Position numbers and translations under genes: made by a program
Shown: positions 12,061 through 25,144 of the stretch, piece after piece
Position numbering within the stretch: position 1 is the first letter of the stretch
Layout of the letters: the number at the start of each line of letters is the position of its first letter
DNA from: Camelus dromedarius
Taxonomy: Eukaryota
DNA length: 64,000 bases
Direction of reading: 5' to 3'
NCBI RefSeq assembly: GCF_036321535.1
Contig: NC_087447.1
Location: 33,854,001-33,918,000 of the forward strand
Notes under the pieces: model-generated
The model's input: the letters and a program-made list of their open reading frames with translations, nothing else
What the model was told of the DNA's origin: nothing
Database searches by the model: none

Positions 12061-12759
12061 ATAAGATGATGGATGATATAGTACTTGGCACTTTGTAGCA
12101 CTCAATAATTTTAGTTTCTTTCTCTTGTCTTCCCAATCAAGTCCATTCTTGTTACCGTAGTCAGAGAGCCTTTCTCAAATTCAAATATTAAACAACAAAC
12201 TCCACAGATGTGCTCGTTTATCCCCATTTCAAAGTCTTTGATGGGGTTATAATGAAAAGTCAAGTGAAATAATTCCATGAAAGTACTTTGTATGTTGTCA
12301 AACTCTATCTGGAGGGAGGCATCAAGACCCTTCCCACTGTGGCCACACCTCTCTGACCAGCCTTGTTCTTGTCCTTACTCTCTTCTCCTGCCCAAACCAA
12401 CCCAACCCAACCCATCCTTCCACAGACCTCATTTTCCAGCTACATGAAACCGAACACCTTATACACTAGTCTCAAACTTTTTTTTTTTTTGACTGATGGG
12501 AGAGAAGAGTAAGTCCAGACCCCAGGCATATCTGGGGCCAAGGCCTGAAACAGCTTTATGGAGCAGCCCAAAATTTCTTGGGAGTATTAGATTTTATTTC
12601 AAAAACCTGATTTAACTTTTCATTCTGTTCCATGATACCCATTTACATGAGTAAGACTACACGGTTTAAATCACTTAACCTTGAGTAGCCTGTGACTTTG
12701 AGAACTCCCCAGATCCAGATCAGAGAAGGAGGCCCAGTTTGTCTTATCTCTATGATTTT

Positions 12760-13110
12760 GTGTGATTTCTTCTGCCAGAAATGCTCTTCCTTGAACTTGT
12801 CCCTTCTAGCCTGCTCTGTAAAAGTGTTCTTGATTCCTTCAAGCCGACTCAGTCACTCTCTAGCATGCCGTACATCTCTCCATTACAGAACTTAAGAGAC
12901 TCTATCTAAACTTATTTCAGGGGTGGAGTGTTTAAAGTAGAATGGGCTGTCTCTTTCATTGGTCCACAATATTCTCCAGGAAAATGACTACCGTCTTGTA
13001 CTATCATCACTATGACAACTAGCATCCCTCCATCATCCTTAGGGCCTAGCACTGTGCTTAGCCCATAATAGATGCTCAATAAAGGCTAGATAGAATGAAT
13101 AAATAAATGT
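12760..13110 (+). mobile_element. LINE-2 3' fragment
   Basis: gcctagcactgtgcttagcccataatagatgctcaataaa...gaatgaataaataaatg terminus. Confidence 0.7.
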
Positions 13111-14304
13111 TCGACAAGTAAGTCAAGAGAAAGAGGCAGCCATGTAGACCTTAACCTCAGATTTCACCTCCCACACACTCTCTAGTTTGGCCTGGGTCAA
13201 GGCCAGTAGCGACCCCTTCCATTCTGTGGCTTACAGCACTTCTAAACTGGGCCCTGAACCCTTCTACACGCACAATGGAAAGAGAAAGGCAACCACCTCC
13301 AACTCAAGTCAGCCCAGCCAGGAAAAACCCACTGCCCGTGTCCCAGCGGTCTCCGAAATGTCAACACCGCGAAGGTTGACGCTAAGCCCCGCACACCCCC
13401 ACGTCATCAGATGCCCATTTGCTTCATGTTTCGTCTGGTCTGTCAGCACCATTTACTGCTGAGCAGGTCCCTTATCTTTATTGATCACTTAATTTATCTT
13501 TTCTTAACTTCCCTTGCACCGTCTGGTGCCGTGTGTCCGTCTGTTGAGGCTGTCATGACTGGTTTGCTCTTGAAATAATAGAGGCAGCAGGTGGTGTGAC
13601 TAAGTCGGCCCTCCGCAGAATGAAGGCTCATTCCCAGTCCCTGTCTCAACCTGCCAGTGTGTCTACACCCTCCCAGCTGCTCCACATTAAAGCGGTCAAC
13701 TGTGACTGTACAGTCCGGGTTTTACACAACTGTTTTACAAACCAGGAAGAAGGTCTTTTGTCGCAAATCCTTTGTCAGGCAGTAGAAGGAGGGGGAGGGG
13801 AAGCCAGTTCTGAGACTTGGTGCATTTTAATGACTATGCAGATAGATGCATACCCCTTTGCTTTGGGAAAGGGGGTGTGGGTTGGGGTGGGAGGCGGGCT
13901 GGGAGGAGAGAGAGAGAGCGCGGACTCCTTGCTCTCCGATGGTTTACTAAGAGAAGCCACTGCTCTTTCAACACAAGTTTCAGCTTCAAACAGATCCTCT
14001 ACTCTGAGAAAGCCTTCATTCCTCTTGTAAAGTGAAAATGCGGGCCATTAGAGCCCTGTGTCCTAGGGTCAGTACTCTGGTGACAAGTGTTATACACAAC
14101 TGAGAGAACAGCAAGGAAATTGTGCCTCTGGGACTCAAAAGCCAAGTGGCTTTATGATTTGGGGCTTGTAATCACATGTAAGGAGAAATGAGACAAAGTG
14201 AAAAAGCACTGAGTTTTAAAGTCAGACAGATCCAGGCTCTAAAGTTGTGACTTTTGACATAACTCACTAGTAAAAATATGGTATATTAAAATTCCTCTTT
14301 CTGT

Positions 14305-15340
14305 TTGTAAACGATGCTACCAACAAGGAGTTAATTTCCAAAATATTCTAACAGCTCACATAACTCAATATAAAAAAAAACAACCCAATCAAAAATGGGC
14401 AGAAGACCTAAATAGACATACGGATGGCCAATGGGCACGTGAAAAGATATTCAACACTGCTATTACGTGAGACATGCAAATCAAGACCACAATGAGGTAT
14501 CACCTCGCACCAGTCAGAATGGCTATCATCAAAACGTCTACAAATAATAAATGCTGAAGAAGGTGTCGAGAAAAGGGAGCCTTCCTACACTGTTGGTGGA
14601 AATGTAAATTGGTGCAGCCATCATGGAGTACAGTATGGAGCTTCCTTTAAAAACTAATAATAGAGTTACCATATGATCCAGCAATCCCACTCCTGGGCAT
14701 ATACCCAGAGGGAACCTTAATTCAAAAAGATACATGCACCCCAATGTTCATAGAAGCACTATTTACAATAGCTAAGACATGGAAGCAACCTAAGTATCCA
14801 TTGACAGATGACTGGATAAAGAAGATGTAGTGTGTGTATACCCACACACACACACACGTGTATATATACATATACACATATACATATATATATCCAATGG
14901 AATATTACTTAGCCATAAAAAGAATGAAATATTGTCATTTGCAGCAACGTGGATGGACCTAGAGAATACCATACTAAGTGAAGTAAGTCAGACAGAGAAA
15001 GACAAATATTATATGATATCACCTACATGTGGAATCTAGAAAATAATACACAAGAATTTATTTACAAAACAGAAACATACTCACAGACATAGAAAACAAA
15101 CTTACGGTTACAAAAGGGGAAAGGGAGTGGGGAAGAATAAATTAGAAGTATGGGATTAACAGATACACACTACTATATATAAAATAGATAAGCAACAAGG
15201 ATTTACTGTATAGCACAGAGAACTATGGTCAATAGCTTATAGTAATCTATAATGGAAAAGAATCTAAAAAACTGAATCACTTTGCTGTACACCAAAACTA
15301 ACAAAACATTGTAAATCAACTGTATGTCAATAAAAAATTA
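14305..15340 (+). mobile_element. LINE-1 ORF2 C-terminus plus 3' UTR, 5'-truncated
   Basis: acaatgaggtatcacctc, gatccagcaatcccactcctggg, SFAATWMDLE-type peptide, L1 3' terminus at ~15330; internal CA/TA repeat 14830-14892. Confidence 0.93.
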
Positions 15341-15429
15341 ATATTTAAGATAGAAATCTTTGATATGATATTGGTATCTATTAACTAGAAGTTCATTAAT
15401 CAAAGCCTTTAAATAATTAAGATCCACAT

Positions 15430-15487
15430 TTCTCTCTCTCTCTCTCTCTCTCTCCAAACACACACACGCACACACACATACACACAC
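15430..15487. repeat. Compound (CT)n-(CA)n microsatellite
   Basis: Directly visible. Confidence 0.95.
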
Positions 15488-16014
15488 CACCCCCTACATT
15501 TTAGTTACAAGCTAAAGGCAAGGAAAGGATGATAAACTTAACACTGTGCAAAGAGTACATTAAAATCAAGAAACCTTTCATTCTCTCTTGTAAATACTAA
15601 CCAGCTGGTTGATTTTAGGCGTATCACTTAAGCACTGTGGAGTTGAGTCAGGAAACTATTAAATGTAGTTTATCTCTAAGGTGTGTGGATTGGGGAAGTG
15701 GATGGTAATGGGGGAGTGACAAGGTTTGGGAGCCATTATCTCCCTTTCTCCGTATTTATATAGGTCTGTACAATGGGAATTTCTACTTTTTTTAGGTATC
15801 AGAACGGCACTCTCAGCCTTTCCTCTTACTGACCGCTCCCTAAGGTGGGAGAGGGCTACTGTCTGATCCTGCAGCCACTTCTCCCTCCTGGGTGGTGCGG
15901 GGTGTTAGAGATTGCTGTTTCCACAAGGCCTTTCTCTTTCCGGTTGGCTGGCCAAAAGTTCCCACACAGGTGCAGTATTCCCCTCCCAGCCCTCCTCTCT
16001 TTATCCATGTGGTA

Positions 16015-17005
16015 AGAAAAATTTCTCTTCTTTAAAAGCCACTATTAAGAAAATGAAAAATCAAACCATAGACTGGGAGAAAATATTTACAAAAATTTTT
16101 TTTTTGATAAAGGACCTGTATACAGAATATCTAAAGAACTCTTTATAACTTGTGATACGAAAAAAATTTTTAATTGGTGAAATTTTGAACAGACACATCA
16201 CAAAAGAAGATATTTGGATGGTCAATAAGCACATCCGAACATACTAAACTCATCAGTCACTAGGGAAATGCAAATTAAAACCATAATGAGATATCAGTTA
16301 TTAGAATGGCTAAAACAAAACAAAGCTGATTACATCAGATGCTGGCAAGGATGTGGAGCAAATGAACTCTCATACATTGCTGGTAAGAAAGTACAATGGT
16401 ATAGGCACTTTGGAAAACAATCTGACAGTTTCTTACATAGTTAAAAATGTACTTATCATATGACCCAGCAATTCCGTTCCTAGCTATTTCCCCAAGAGGA
16501 ATAAAGATACATGCAAAAATAACAATATATACAAAAGATATGTGTAAAAAAAAAAAAAACCCTGCATGTAACTATTACTCATTAGCAACATTATTCATTA
16601 TCACCAAAAATTAGAAGTAACCCAAATGTTCATCAACTGGTGAATGGAAAAACAAGTTTTTACATCCTTACAATGGAAAACTACTTAACAATGAAAAAAT
16701 GACCTACCAAAACATGTAATAGCATGGTAAGTCTCAAAAGCATTGTGCTAAGTCAAGGAAGTCAGACACAAAAGGCTACATGCTGCATAGTTCCATTTAT
16801 ATGAAATTTTTTAAAAGCAGAACTACAGGAACAGGGTCAGAGTTGGCTAGCATAAGGCAACTTTGCGGGGATAATTGGAGTAATTTATATCTCGATTGGT
16901 TGGTGGCTACATGACTGAATACACAGCAAAATCCACTGGACTCTACATTTAAAAAGGGTGAGTTTTACTCTATATAAATTATACTTCAACAACCCTGATT
17001 TTTTT
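16015..17005 (+). mobile_element. Old LINE-1 (L1M-class) ORF2 end and 3' UTR
   Basis: catagactgggagaaaatattt, gggaaatgcaaattaaaaccataatgagat, tatgacccagcaattcc, aaattatacttcaa. Confidence 0.85.
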
Positions 17006-17399
17006 CTTAAATTGTTATGGTTGATGCTGCCTATAAAAATTTTGGAACAAAACCAATATAGAAGTGAGATAAGCTCATCTCTTAAGGGTCGGGTATGCTA
17101 GGCATTCAAACTGTTCCAGAAGACAGGAAAACATGAAGAGTCTTCCAATGTTATGACCTAAGAATAGCCCCAAACTGATAGTATATCCTAACAAAAATAG
17201 CAATTATAGAAAACTCCAGGATTGTGATTATAGATATAAATATACCAGATGAAATATAATCGAACCTATTAGAGTGATTTTTTAAAGAGTAATATAATTC
17301 ATAGAAATGAATGAGAAATTCATAATATAATTCCTAGAATTCATAATATGATAAGGACTGAGTAATTCATAATATAATTCATAGAAATAGGATATACAC

Positions 17400-18325
17400 A
17401 GAAAAAAAGATACTCAATTTCACTAGTAACCAAACAAATGCAACTTAAAATCAGAATTTAAAAGACCTGTAAGGTTATTACCCTGTGTTCATCTTTGTTA
17501 TGCTAATGATAGATATGAATTTATACAACTTTACCAGGAAATAGTTTGATAACACCCACCAAAACCTCAGAAAAATTTATATCTTTTGATCCAGAAATTC
17601 CCATTAGGAGTTTACCTTAAAGAAAACATTGCTCAAGTGTGTAACTGCAAAGATGTTCATTAGAGCATTGTTTATAATTATGAAAACTTAGAAACAGCTG
17701 AAATATAATAGGAGATTAGCTTAAAAATTATCAATCTACACACAATTAAACAATTGCATCCTTAGCAAATGTAAAAAATTAATAAACAGAAACTTCAATT
17801 GAACAGAGTCAGGAGACCAGAAGAGGGAGCTCTCATGCCCTGTGACAACAGTGGAGCCCAACAGGAGAAAGAAAAAGCTCGTCTTCTTTCCTGGCAACAG
17901 TTCAGCCAATGAAAAGCCCATGGACTCTTAGTTTTATTATAGCCCTCCCAACTTCCTTTTCCCCTCTATAAAAGCCTTCTCTTGCTGTGCAGGGAACTTG
18001 CACGTGGCTCACCATGGTTGCAGACCCTGCGCTGCAACTCTGCTGATCCCAAATACACCAATTTGGTCTGGAGAAATAGTTGGTAGTTGGTTTTAGGCCA
18101 ACAAAACCATTAAAATGATGTTGTAGAAGAATATTTAGCACCACAGAAAGATATTCAAGTAGAAAAGCAGGTATTGGCATGATCCCATTTGGTAAATTAA
18201 CAAAAAATAATTATAAAGAAAAAAGAGTGGAAGTATACAGGCCAAAACATTAGTAGTGATTTTTCTTTTTCTTTTTTTTGTATCTCTATTATCTAAATTT
18301 TCCAAAGTGAAAATTCTCATTTAAA
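17400..18325 (+). mobile_element. Very old L1 (L1ME-like) fragment hosting an LTR
   Basis: ttttgatccagaaattccc, aagatgttcattagagcattgtttataat, ccattaaaatgatgttgtagaagaatattta. Confidence 0.65.
17770..18103 (+). mobile_element. Short solo LTR (ERV1-like) nested in old L1
   Basis: tgtaa...ccaaca termini, agccaatg CCAAT box, ctataaaag TATA box; composition differs from flanking L1. Confidence 0.7.
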
Positions 18326-18589
18326 AATGACCTGATTGGTTTTACATTATTTATCTTGCATGTGCCATTCATATCTCACAGAGTAACTGTAATAATTATC
18401 TTCACATATATGTGATTTTTTTATGTCACGTTCAGGCCATGTTCTTATCATACTGGATTCTAATTATTTAGCTAAATATATATGTCCAGTAGACTCACTC
18501 ATCTTTGATATGTAACATAATATTTGACACGTGATGAATAAATTAGGAAAAGCTGGGTAAAAAAAAAAAAAAGATTGAACTGCTATTTC

Positions 18590-19380
18590 ACCAGAAAAAG
18601 ATTGTGGTGACAAGTAAATTCATGTCAAGATGCTCATTTTCATTGGTTATTTAAAAAAATACAAATTAAAATCACAATGATAGGCCATTTCACACCTATA
18701 AAAATGGCTGAAAAAAATTTTAAGTGACAATACAGAATGCTGGTAGGCAATGAACTCTCACATTGCTGGTGGGAATGTAAAATAGGAAGCAACTTTGGAA
18801 GATTTTGGCTTTTTCTTATAAAGTTAAATATAAAATTACTTCAGAGTCAGCAACAGTGGATATTTACTTAAGAGATACGAAGTCATGTGTCTACACAAAG
18901 ACTTGTGTGCAAATGTTCATAGCAATTTTATCCACAGTTGACCAAAGCTGGAGTCAACCCAGATGTCCAACCACTGCTGAATGGAGAAACTGATTGCATA
19001 CATCCGATATAAATGGTATACCACTCAGCAATGAAAAGTAGTGAGTTGTGGACACCTGCAACAACATGGCTCAGTCTTGAATGCATTATGTTAAATGAAA
19101 GAAGCTAGACACAAATGGCTACATCATATATGATTTCATTTATATGTCATTTTGGAAAAGGAAACATAGTACCAGAAATCAGATTGGTGGTTGCCAGGGA
19201 CTGGGAGTAACTGGGGAGAAGTGTTTAATTGTGAGAGGGCACAACGGAACTTTCTGGGATGATGAAATAGTCTCTATCTTGATTGATTACATGACTGTTC
19301 ACCTTTGTACTTATCAAACTATGTACCTAAAAAGGGTGCATTTACTGTATGTAAATTATACCTCAATAAACCTGACTTAT
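18590..19380 (+). mobile_element. Old LINE-1 (L1M-class) 3' fragment
   Basis: ctcacattgctggtgggaatgtaaaa, acacaaagacttgtgtgcaaatgttcatagc, tgtaaattatacctcaataaa. Confidence 0.85.
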
Positions 19381-19824
19381 ACAAACAACATTGATATACG
19401 CAATGTTCAAAGTATGTGTATATGCCTCCAATGTGGGGAAATGCTATTTTACTCATAATTTTAAATTTTGTTATGATTTAGGACTGGTAAAAAGTTATAA
19501 GGGTGACAGTGACTCTACATGTTAATTGCCTATAGGCACAATGAACTATGTATACAATTTTGTAATTCTTTTACCTATGTTGTTTATTATCATTAATTAT
19601 ATTAATAATGAAATGTAATTTTTTATCTGTTGAATCTAATAAATATTGCAATTTGTGTTTTATATGCCTTTGCTTTCTTCATTTCATTTATCTAGTAATT
19701 CATTTGGCAAATTCAGTTGGCAAATGTATAGGTCTATTATGGATTAGGAATAAAAAAAGGAAAAACTGGTTCTTCAGCACAGATAGCCCTAGAAGCACTA
19801 TTCTAAAGGCAGGTATAGAAGCTT

Positions 19825-19864
19825 GTGTCTGTGTGTGTGAGTGTGTGTGTGTGTGTGCATGTGT
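19825..19864. repeat. Imperfect (TG)n microsatellite
   Basis: Directly visible. Confidence 0.9.
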
Positions 19865-22800
19865 TAGTTGTTTCCCTTGTAATTGGTTTGCGTCGCTGTT
19901 CATCCTGCAGACCCAATCTCTTCTTCATAACCAAGTAACAATTCTAGAAATTTGGCTGGGTCTCAAGTACAAGACCATTTTCCAATATAGCTCTACTGGC
20001 AATCTGTGACTAATTCTTAACTCTTTCTAAAATTGAAGGGGAAAGCGTATGATTGGCCACATCAAACCTCAACATGAAGATCCTTCCAGTTTTAAAATCC
20101 TGAGATTTTACCGAGGGTTTATTAAAAACAAACAAACAATGCTCAGGGTGTTGGCCAGGATCATTGCACAGAGAAGTCTCCTTGTTCTGTCCTTTTCACC
20201 AATCCTGGACACTTCCCTTCAACTCAGCCAAAGGTTACAGTTACTCTTTGCCAGGTCCCTACTCAGTCCTAGAACAGAGAAGATGACCAAGGTGGAGTCT
20301 GTCCCCTCAAGGGATTTATAGCTCATCTATATATGAATGATTATCTTCAAAACAATGATCCCAAAGCCAGTAAGATCCAGAATTATCAGGAAACATTCAA
20401 TTGCATTTTCTTCCTTAGGTAACAAAGTGGTGACCGAAGTGTCAGAAAAATTATATACTTACAATGATCAAAATAAAGAGCTCTGTCCTTAAATCTCAGT
20501 AAATTAAGCATTAGTTTTACCCAAACACCAAATTCCTCAGAGTTTTTATTCCTATTGATTAAGGTTTCACTGCCCGTTTGGGAACTGTTATCCAAGAAGG
20601 ATACAGCCTCCATTCCCAAAGGGCCTGACCAGTGTCTGCAAACCCGCTACAGGCACTTGGATAGTTAGTCTGATTTTGATACACCCCTGTTTTCTCCCAT
20701 TGTCTTAGCTTTTTTGCTTAAAATTTTTCTGTATTTACTTAATGACTTATAGGTTTTTCAGTTGCAATCATAGACATAGCTATAATTTCCTCTGGCTTAT
20801 TGATATCTTCAAGTAGAAGAGTGCAAGGTTTATACAGAGCTGCTAATTTCCAGGCTCTTCCTTTGCTGAAATACGAAAACCAGGACCTTAGGAGACAATG
20901 ATTTAAATGATTTTCATTTTGAAGCTAAAAAGAAATTCTTTCCAGAATTTTTTCTCCCCAGGAAAGATTTGACTCTCCTGATGAACCCACCATGTATTTC
21001 CATTTATTATAACATGGGAACTATGTAATTTATCATATTTCCCTTTGGCTTAAGCCAAATAACTTTGTCTCTGGGCCACAATTACTTAACCCTTCCTCTA
21101 TATGACTTTTCTTACTTCTTATTTTATCTGCCTTGCAACTTTATTTCAGCTGCCTCAGAACTTCTGTGGAAGTTAGCAGGTATACAGCACTCAAAAGTAA
21201 ACCGATTAAATTAATAATGGCAATTTAAGAATGGATTCTATTAGGTCCTTCGTCTTTGTTCACTACTACTTCTATAAACTACTGAATTTTGAGGTCTTTT
21301 AAGAGCCTAGATTTATTTCTTTTAATGAAATCCATGTACTGATAGAATCAGGTAGAAATATTTATGAAGGTAAAATTGGATATTATTTATTCTTTCTCTT
21401 CTCATAAAATCAGAAATAACCTATTAGGTTTCTGAAGAAGATAATTTTTTAAATGAAAATTTAAAATTGTGCCAGCAACTAAAACCAGGTAGTGGGTAAT
21501 ATTATTCCCCCAAGAAAATACTAGTAAAAAAAAATTTGAAATTAGTCTTTAAGAGCAAAAATTCAGAACAATATACAAGATATTTGAACAACATGAATAA
21601 AAAGCAACATGTTTTCCTAAAGATAGCATCTAAAATTTTAACCTGTAACCAAAATCTGGAGTTCAGGTTTACCCTTGAATGCAGTCTAACCAAGGATGAT
21701 CATATTTCCAAAATCTCTTACACTCCTGCATCAGTAATCACATAATGTGAGCAGACACTTGAATGTCTGCCATCCCATTCTGAAAGTTGGCCTTTTTCTA
21801 AACATCTTCAGCTAAAAGTTCTCCAGTTGGTATTATTTACTGTGGTCAGGCGACCAAAGCACGGGGTCTCTCCCCTCAGGACCCCAGGGTGTAAATTAGA
21901 GAAGGCACAAGTGCACTGAGTTTGGTGGTCGTTTGAGACCCTGATGGACATTTGTCTACCTCACAAAAGCCTCCGTACAATTGGGCTCAATTTGTCACAA
22001 CTGACAGTTTCTGCTCTAAAGAGGCCCAGGTCTGGGGTGGCACAGATGTCATAGTTTTTCTCTTTCCTCGGCTAGGACCACAGGGACAAAATTCACCCAG
22101 CAGAGTTAATAATTCCAAGCAATCTGCACAACCTCAAACACGCACCCTTTTCTATCTCTTTTTTTCCCTGTCTGTTCTGATCAGTTTCCTTAGCATGAGA
22201 GCCCCTTCGCCATCACCAGACCCAACCATTAGTAGACCTACAGGAACACACTCATTCCCTGAATCATTAGAAGGGCTCTGAAATATACAAACTGAGAGAA
22301 TATCTCCACCGACGTCTCTGAGCTTCTGGAAGGCGTAGCCCAGCCTCATCCACCACTGTACCCCTCTACAGTGTCCAACTCGGTGGACCATGCAATAGTC
22401 CCTCTGCAAACGTTGCATAGAATTGACAGAGGACCTTGACCTGTTTTCTTAAATACCAGTGAGTCCATTTAACTCAAGTCTCCTTCACACTAGTTTCAAA
22501 CAAAGCCCAATTTATAATCAGGCATCTACAGAAGGGGTCATTAGAAGGTACAATTGCAATTGATTCTTGTGGCAAAAGTCATCAAACTCCTGTGTTTCTT
22601 GCTTGTTCCCAGAAAAAAAATAACTGAGGAAAACAAAAACTGTGTAGGCACCTTGCAGTGAGTACAGTTTTCATATAATTGTCTTAAGAGTAATTGAATC
22701 TGTCCTCGAACAACTCACAAATTATCTCCTGACAACTTGAAATAATAGACCTTTTTGTTCAAAGGAGAAAGCTTATGGAGACCAAAGGTTAAACAGGTCT

Positions 22801-24023
22801 TTTCATCATGATAAATCACTGGTTAATGAGGTCACTATTGTTGGGTATTATGACCATTCCCTTTAATGCCATTACCTCCTGGTTGTAAAGCTGACACTAC
22901 TAATGGTCCGTATTCTTTGAACTTTTCCACAATATTGACTGGCTTCTCTGAGCAGATGTTCCTTGCATGTGACTGCAAGAGGGGCTGCAATTCTTAGCCA
23001 TGGAAAGAGCTTCAGGCAAGCTTATGGGATCCAGACGGTCTAGGCATTTGCAGAGAGGAGGTAAGAGGCAGTAGGAAAAAAACCCCACAAGTTTAATTCT
23101 GTGATAATGGTATCAATTTGCTGCAGGTACCTGAGGAGACACGATGTGGCAACTACCACCAGAGAGCCTCATGAATGGTTATTCATTAGAAACAAGGCGG
23201 AAGGTGCAGCCAATGTTTGGATTACTCCTTACACATTACAACAGCATACATCTTCTCGAGTTGAACCTTACACAAATTCTGTAGGTTCCATATATTATTA
23301 CCACATCTAGATGAGGAGACTGAGAACCTGTGGGGAAATCATTTTCCTAGGTCCTGCAGATACCAGGTGAGGAGGAAATGCTGACTCCAGACCTCATGCA
23401 CTCCCAAACAGCCATGGCCACCAGGAGAAACAATGAATAAATCACACCTCAGACTCTAGTCAATATTAATTGTCATTTCAGATATTTTCTTTAAAAATGA
23501 CAGTTCCACAATAAAGTAGTTCTTCATTTGCACTCAGTGACTGAACAGAAATAGAACTATACAATGTTCACAGAAGACAGATTTTAGAGATTAGTTACAT
23601 AGGGGACAGAAGTCCAGTGGCAAGTAACTCAGCAACCCTCCAAACCAGATAACGAACGAAGACATCCTCAATGTCATATTTGCCGCAGTATTCTTAGGGC
23701 AGAATTGCTTTGGGGGCACAGTTGGAATATTTGAATCACAAAATCTCCCTTCGTTTATTTTTGTTGTTGTTAAGTTGTTTTGTCTTTATTTTGTTTATCT
23801 GAATCCAAAATGAAAAATTGAGTTAATAACCCAGCTATGTGGCTAATATGAAAACCAAATATGTACAATGCCTTCCAAATACACATGATTTGTATTAAGC
23901 AAAGAGGACACCCAGGTATTTTGGCATGAACTCTACAGCCTATTCGACATCTAATGCCCACTGCCTTTGTGAAGGAAGAGAAAAATAGGACGATGCAATT
24001 TCAACTGAAAAACCTGTGTATGA

Positions 24024-24053
24024 ATTGATACCATTGATACCATTGATACCATT
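24024..24053. repeat. 9-bp tandem repeat (attgatacc)x3
   Basis: attgataccattgataccattgataccatt. Confidence 0.95.
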
Positions 24054-25103
24054 CTTGTTTCATAAAAATTTGAAGCACTGAAATAACTTAAATGTTCTAC
24101 TTTGTGAGATGTTGAGAAAGAACTTTTCTCGTCGGGGAAAAAGTCTAGAATCACCCATGTCTGCTACGTGTTTTCCCTCACAGTAAGCAACCACGTGGCA
24201 GTGTTCACCAGTCTTTGCTACTTCAATCTGGAGTCCAGACAACACGGTTTGGGTTTGTGTCACTTTTGAGGGACACTGATGAGATTCAGAGAAGATTTTA
24301 AAAAAGAGATTTTAAAAATTGGGGAAGCAAGAGAAGCATCTGTATGCAGCATATTGGATGCTCATTAAAGACAGGGACTATACTTACTTTGTACCTGGTA
24401 GATAGAAGGCCTTCAATACCCATTTGTTGAATTAATTGAATAAATACATAAAAATACAAATTCATGAATGAAAACTTCACATGTACTCTGTGGCTAATGG
24501 CTTAATTACTTTAGACTTCCTTTTCCAAAGCTGGCTCACTTCAAATACTTAATTTGTTATTACAACTTCCACTGGTCAGTTAGGTGGGGAATCATTTCAT
24601 CTATTTTGACAGATGAAGATCCACAGAGCAGGCAGCAAATTACATTAAAAAGGAAATACGGATTTCAACAGAACCTCTTTCTATCTTTTAAAAATTGCCA
24701 AAGGGATAAAATAATCCAAAGTAAAATTGATAAGGTTAAGGCACCAAGAGGCAATCTTGGTTGTGTATGTTCCTGCTAAGAGGAAAGAGGTTTCCATTCT
24801 TGGAAAGAAAGAGTCAAAGCCTTCCCATTTGTACAAAAAAGGATAAAACATGGTGTTTGAAACATTAATTTAATCTCCTAAATGCTTTGTCTCTGCACCA
24901 CCAAGGACTCTGAAATGGGGAGGGGTGGGGGGAGTCTGGATGTCTGGAATCTCATATCAAAGCCCTAATCATTAGCTGTTTTTCACTTTTTTTGAGAACA
25001 CAACCCTGGATCCACAGGGGGGATCAGGCAGATGTTAATGAGTAGGGCTTAATTTCCAAACCAAAGCTCAGACTAGGCCTATTCCACATTCAGATGAAAT
25101 CTG

Positions 25104-25142
<39 letters not shown>
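25104..25142 (+). repeat. Pure poly(A) run, 39 nt
   Basis: Directly visible. Confidence 0.95.

Positions 25143-25144
<2 letters not shown>

Noticed and set aside
19608..20009. 133-aa ORF with Cys-Val repeats
   Set aside because: The CVCV run is a translation of the (TG)n microsatellite.
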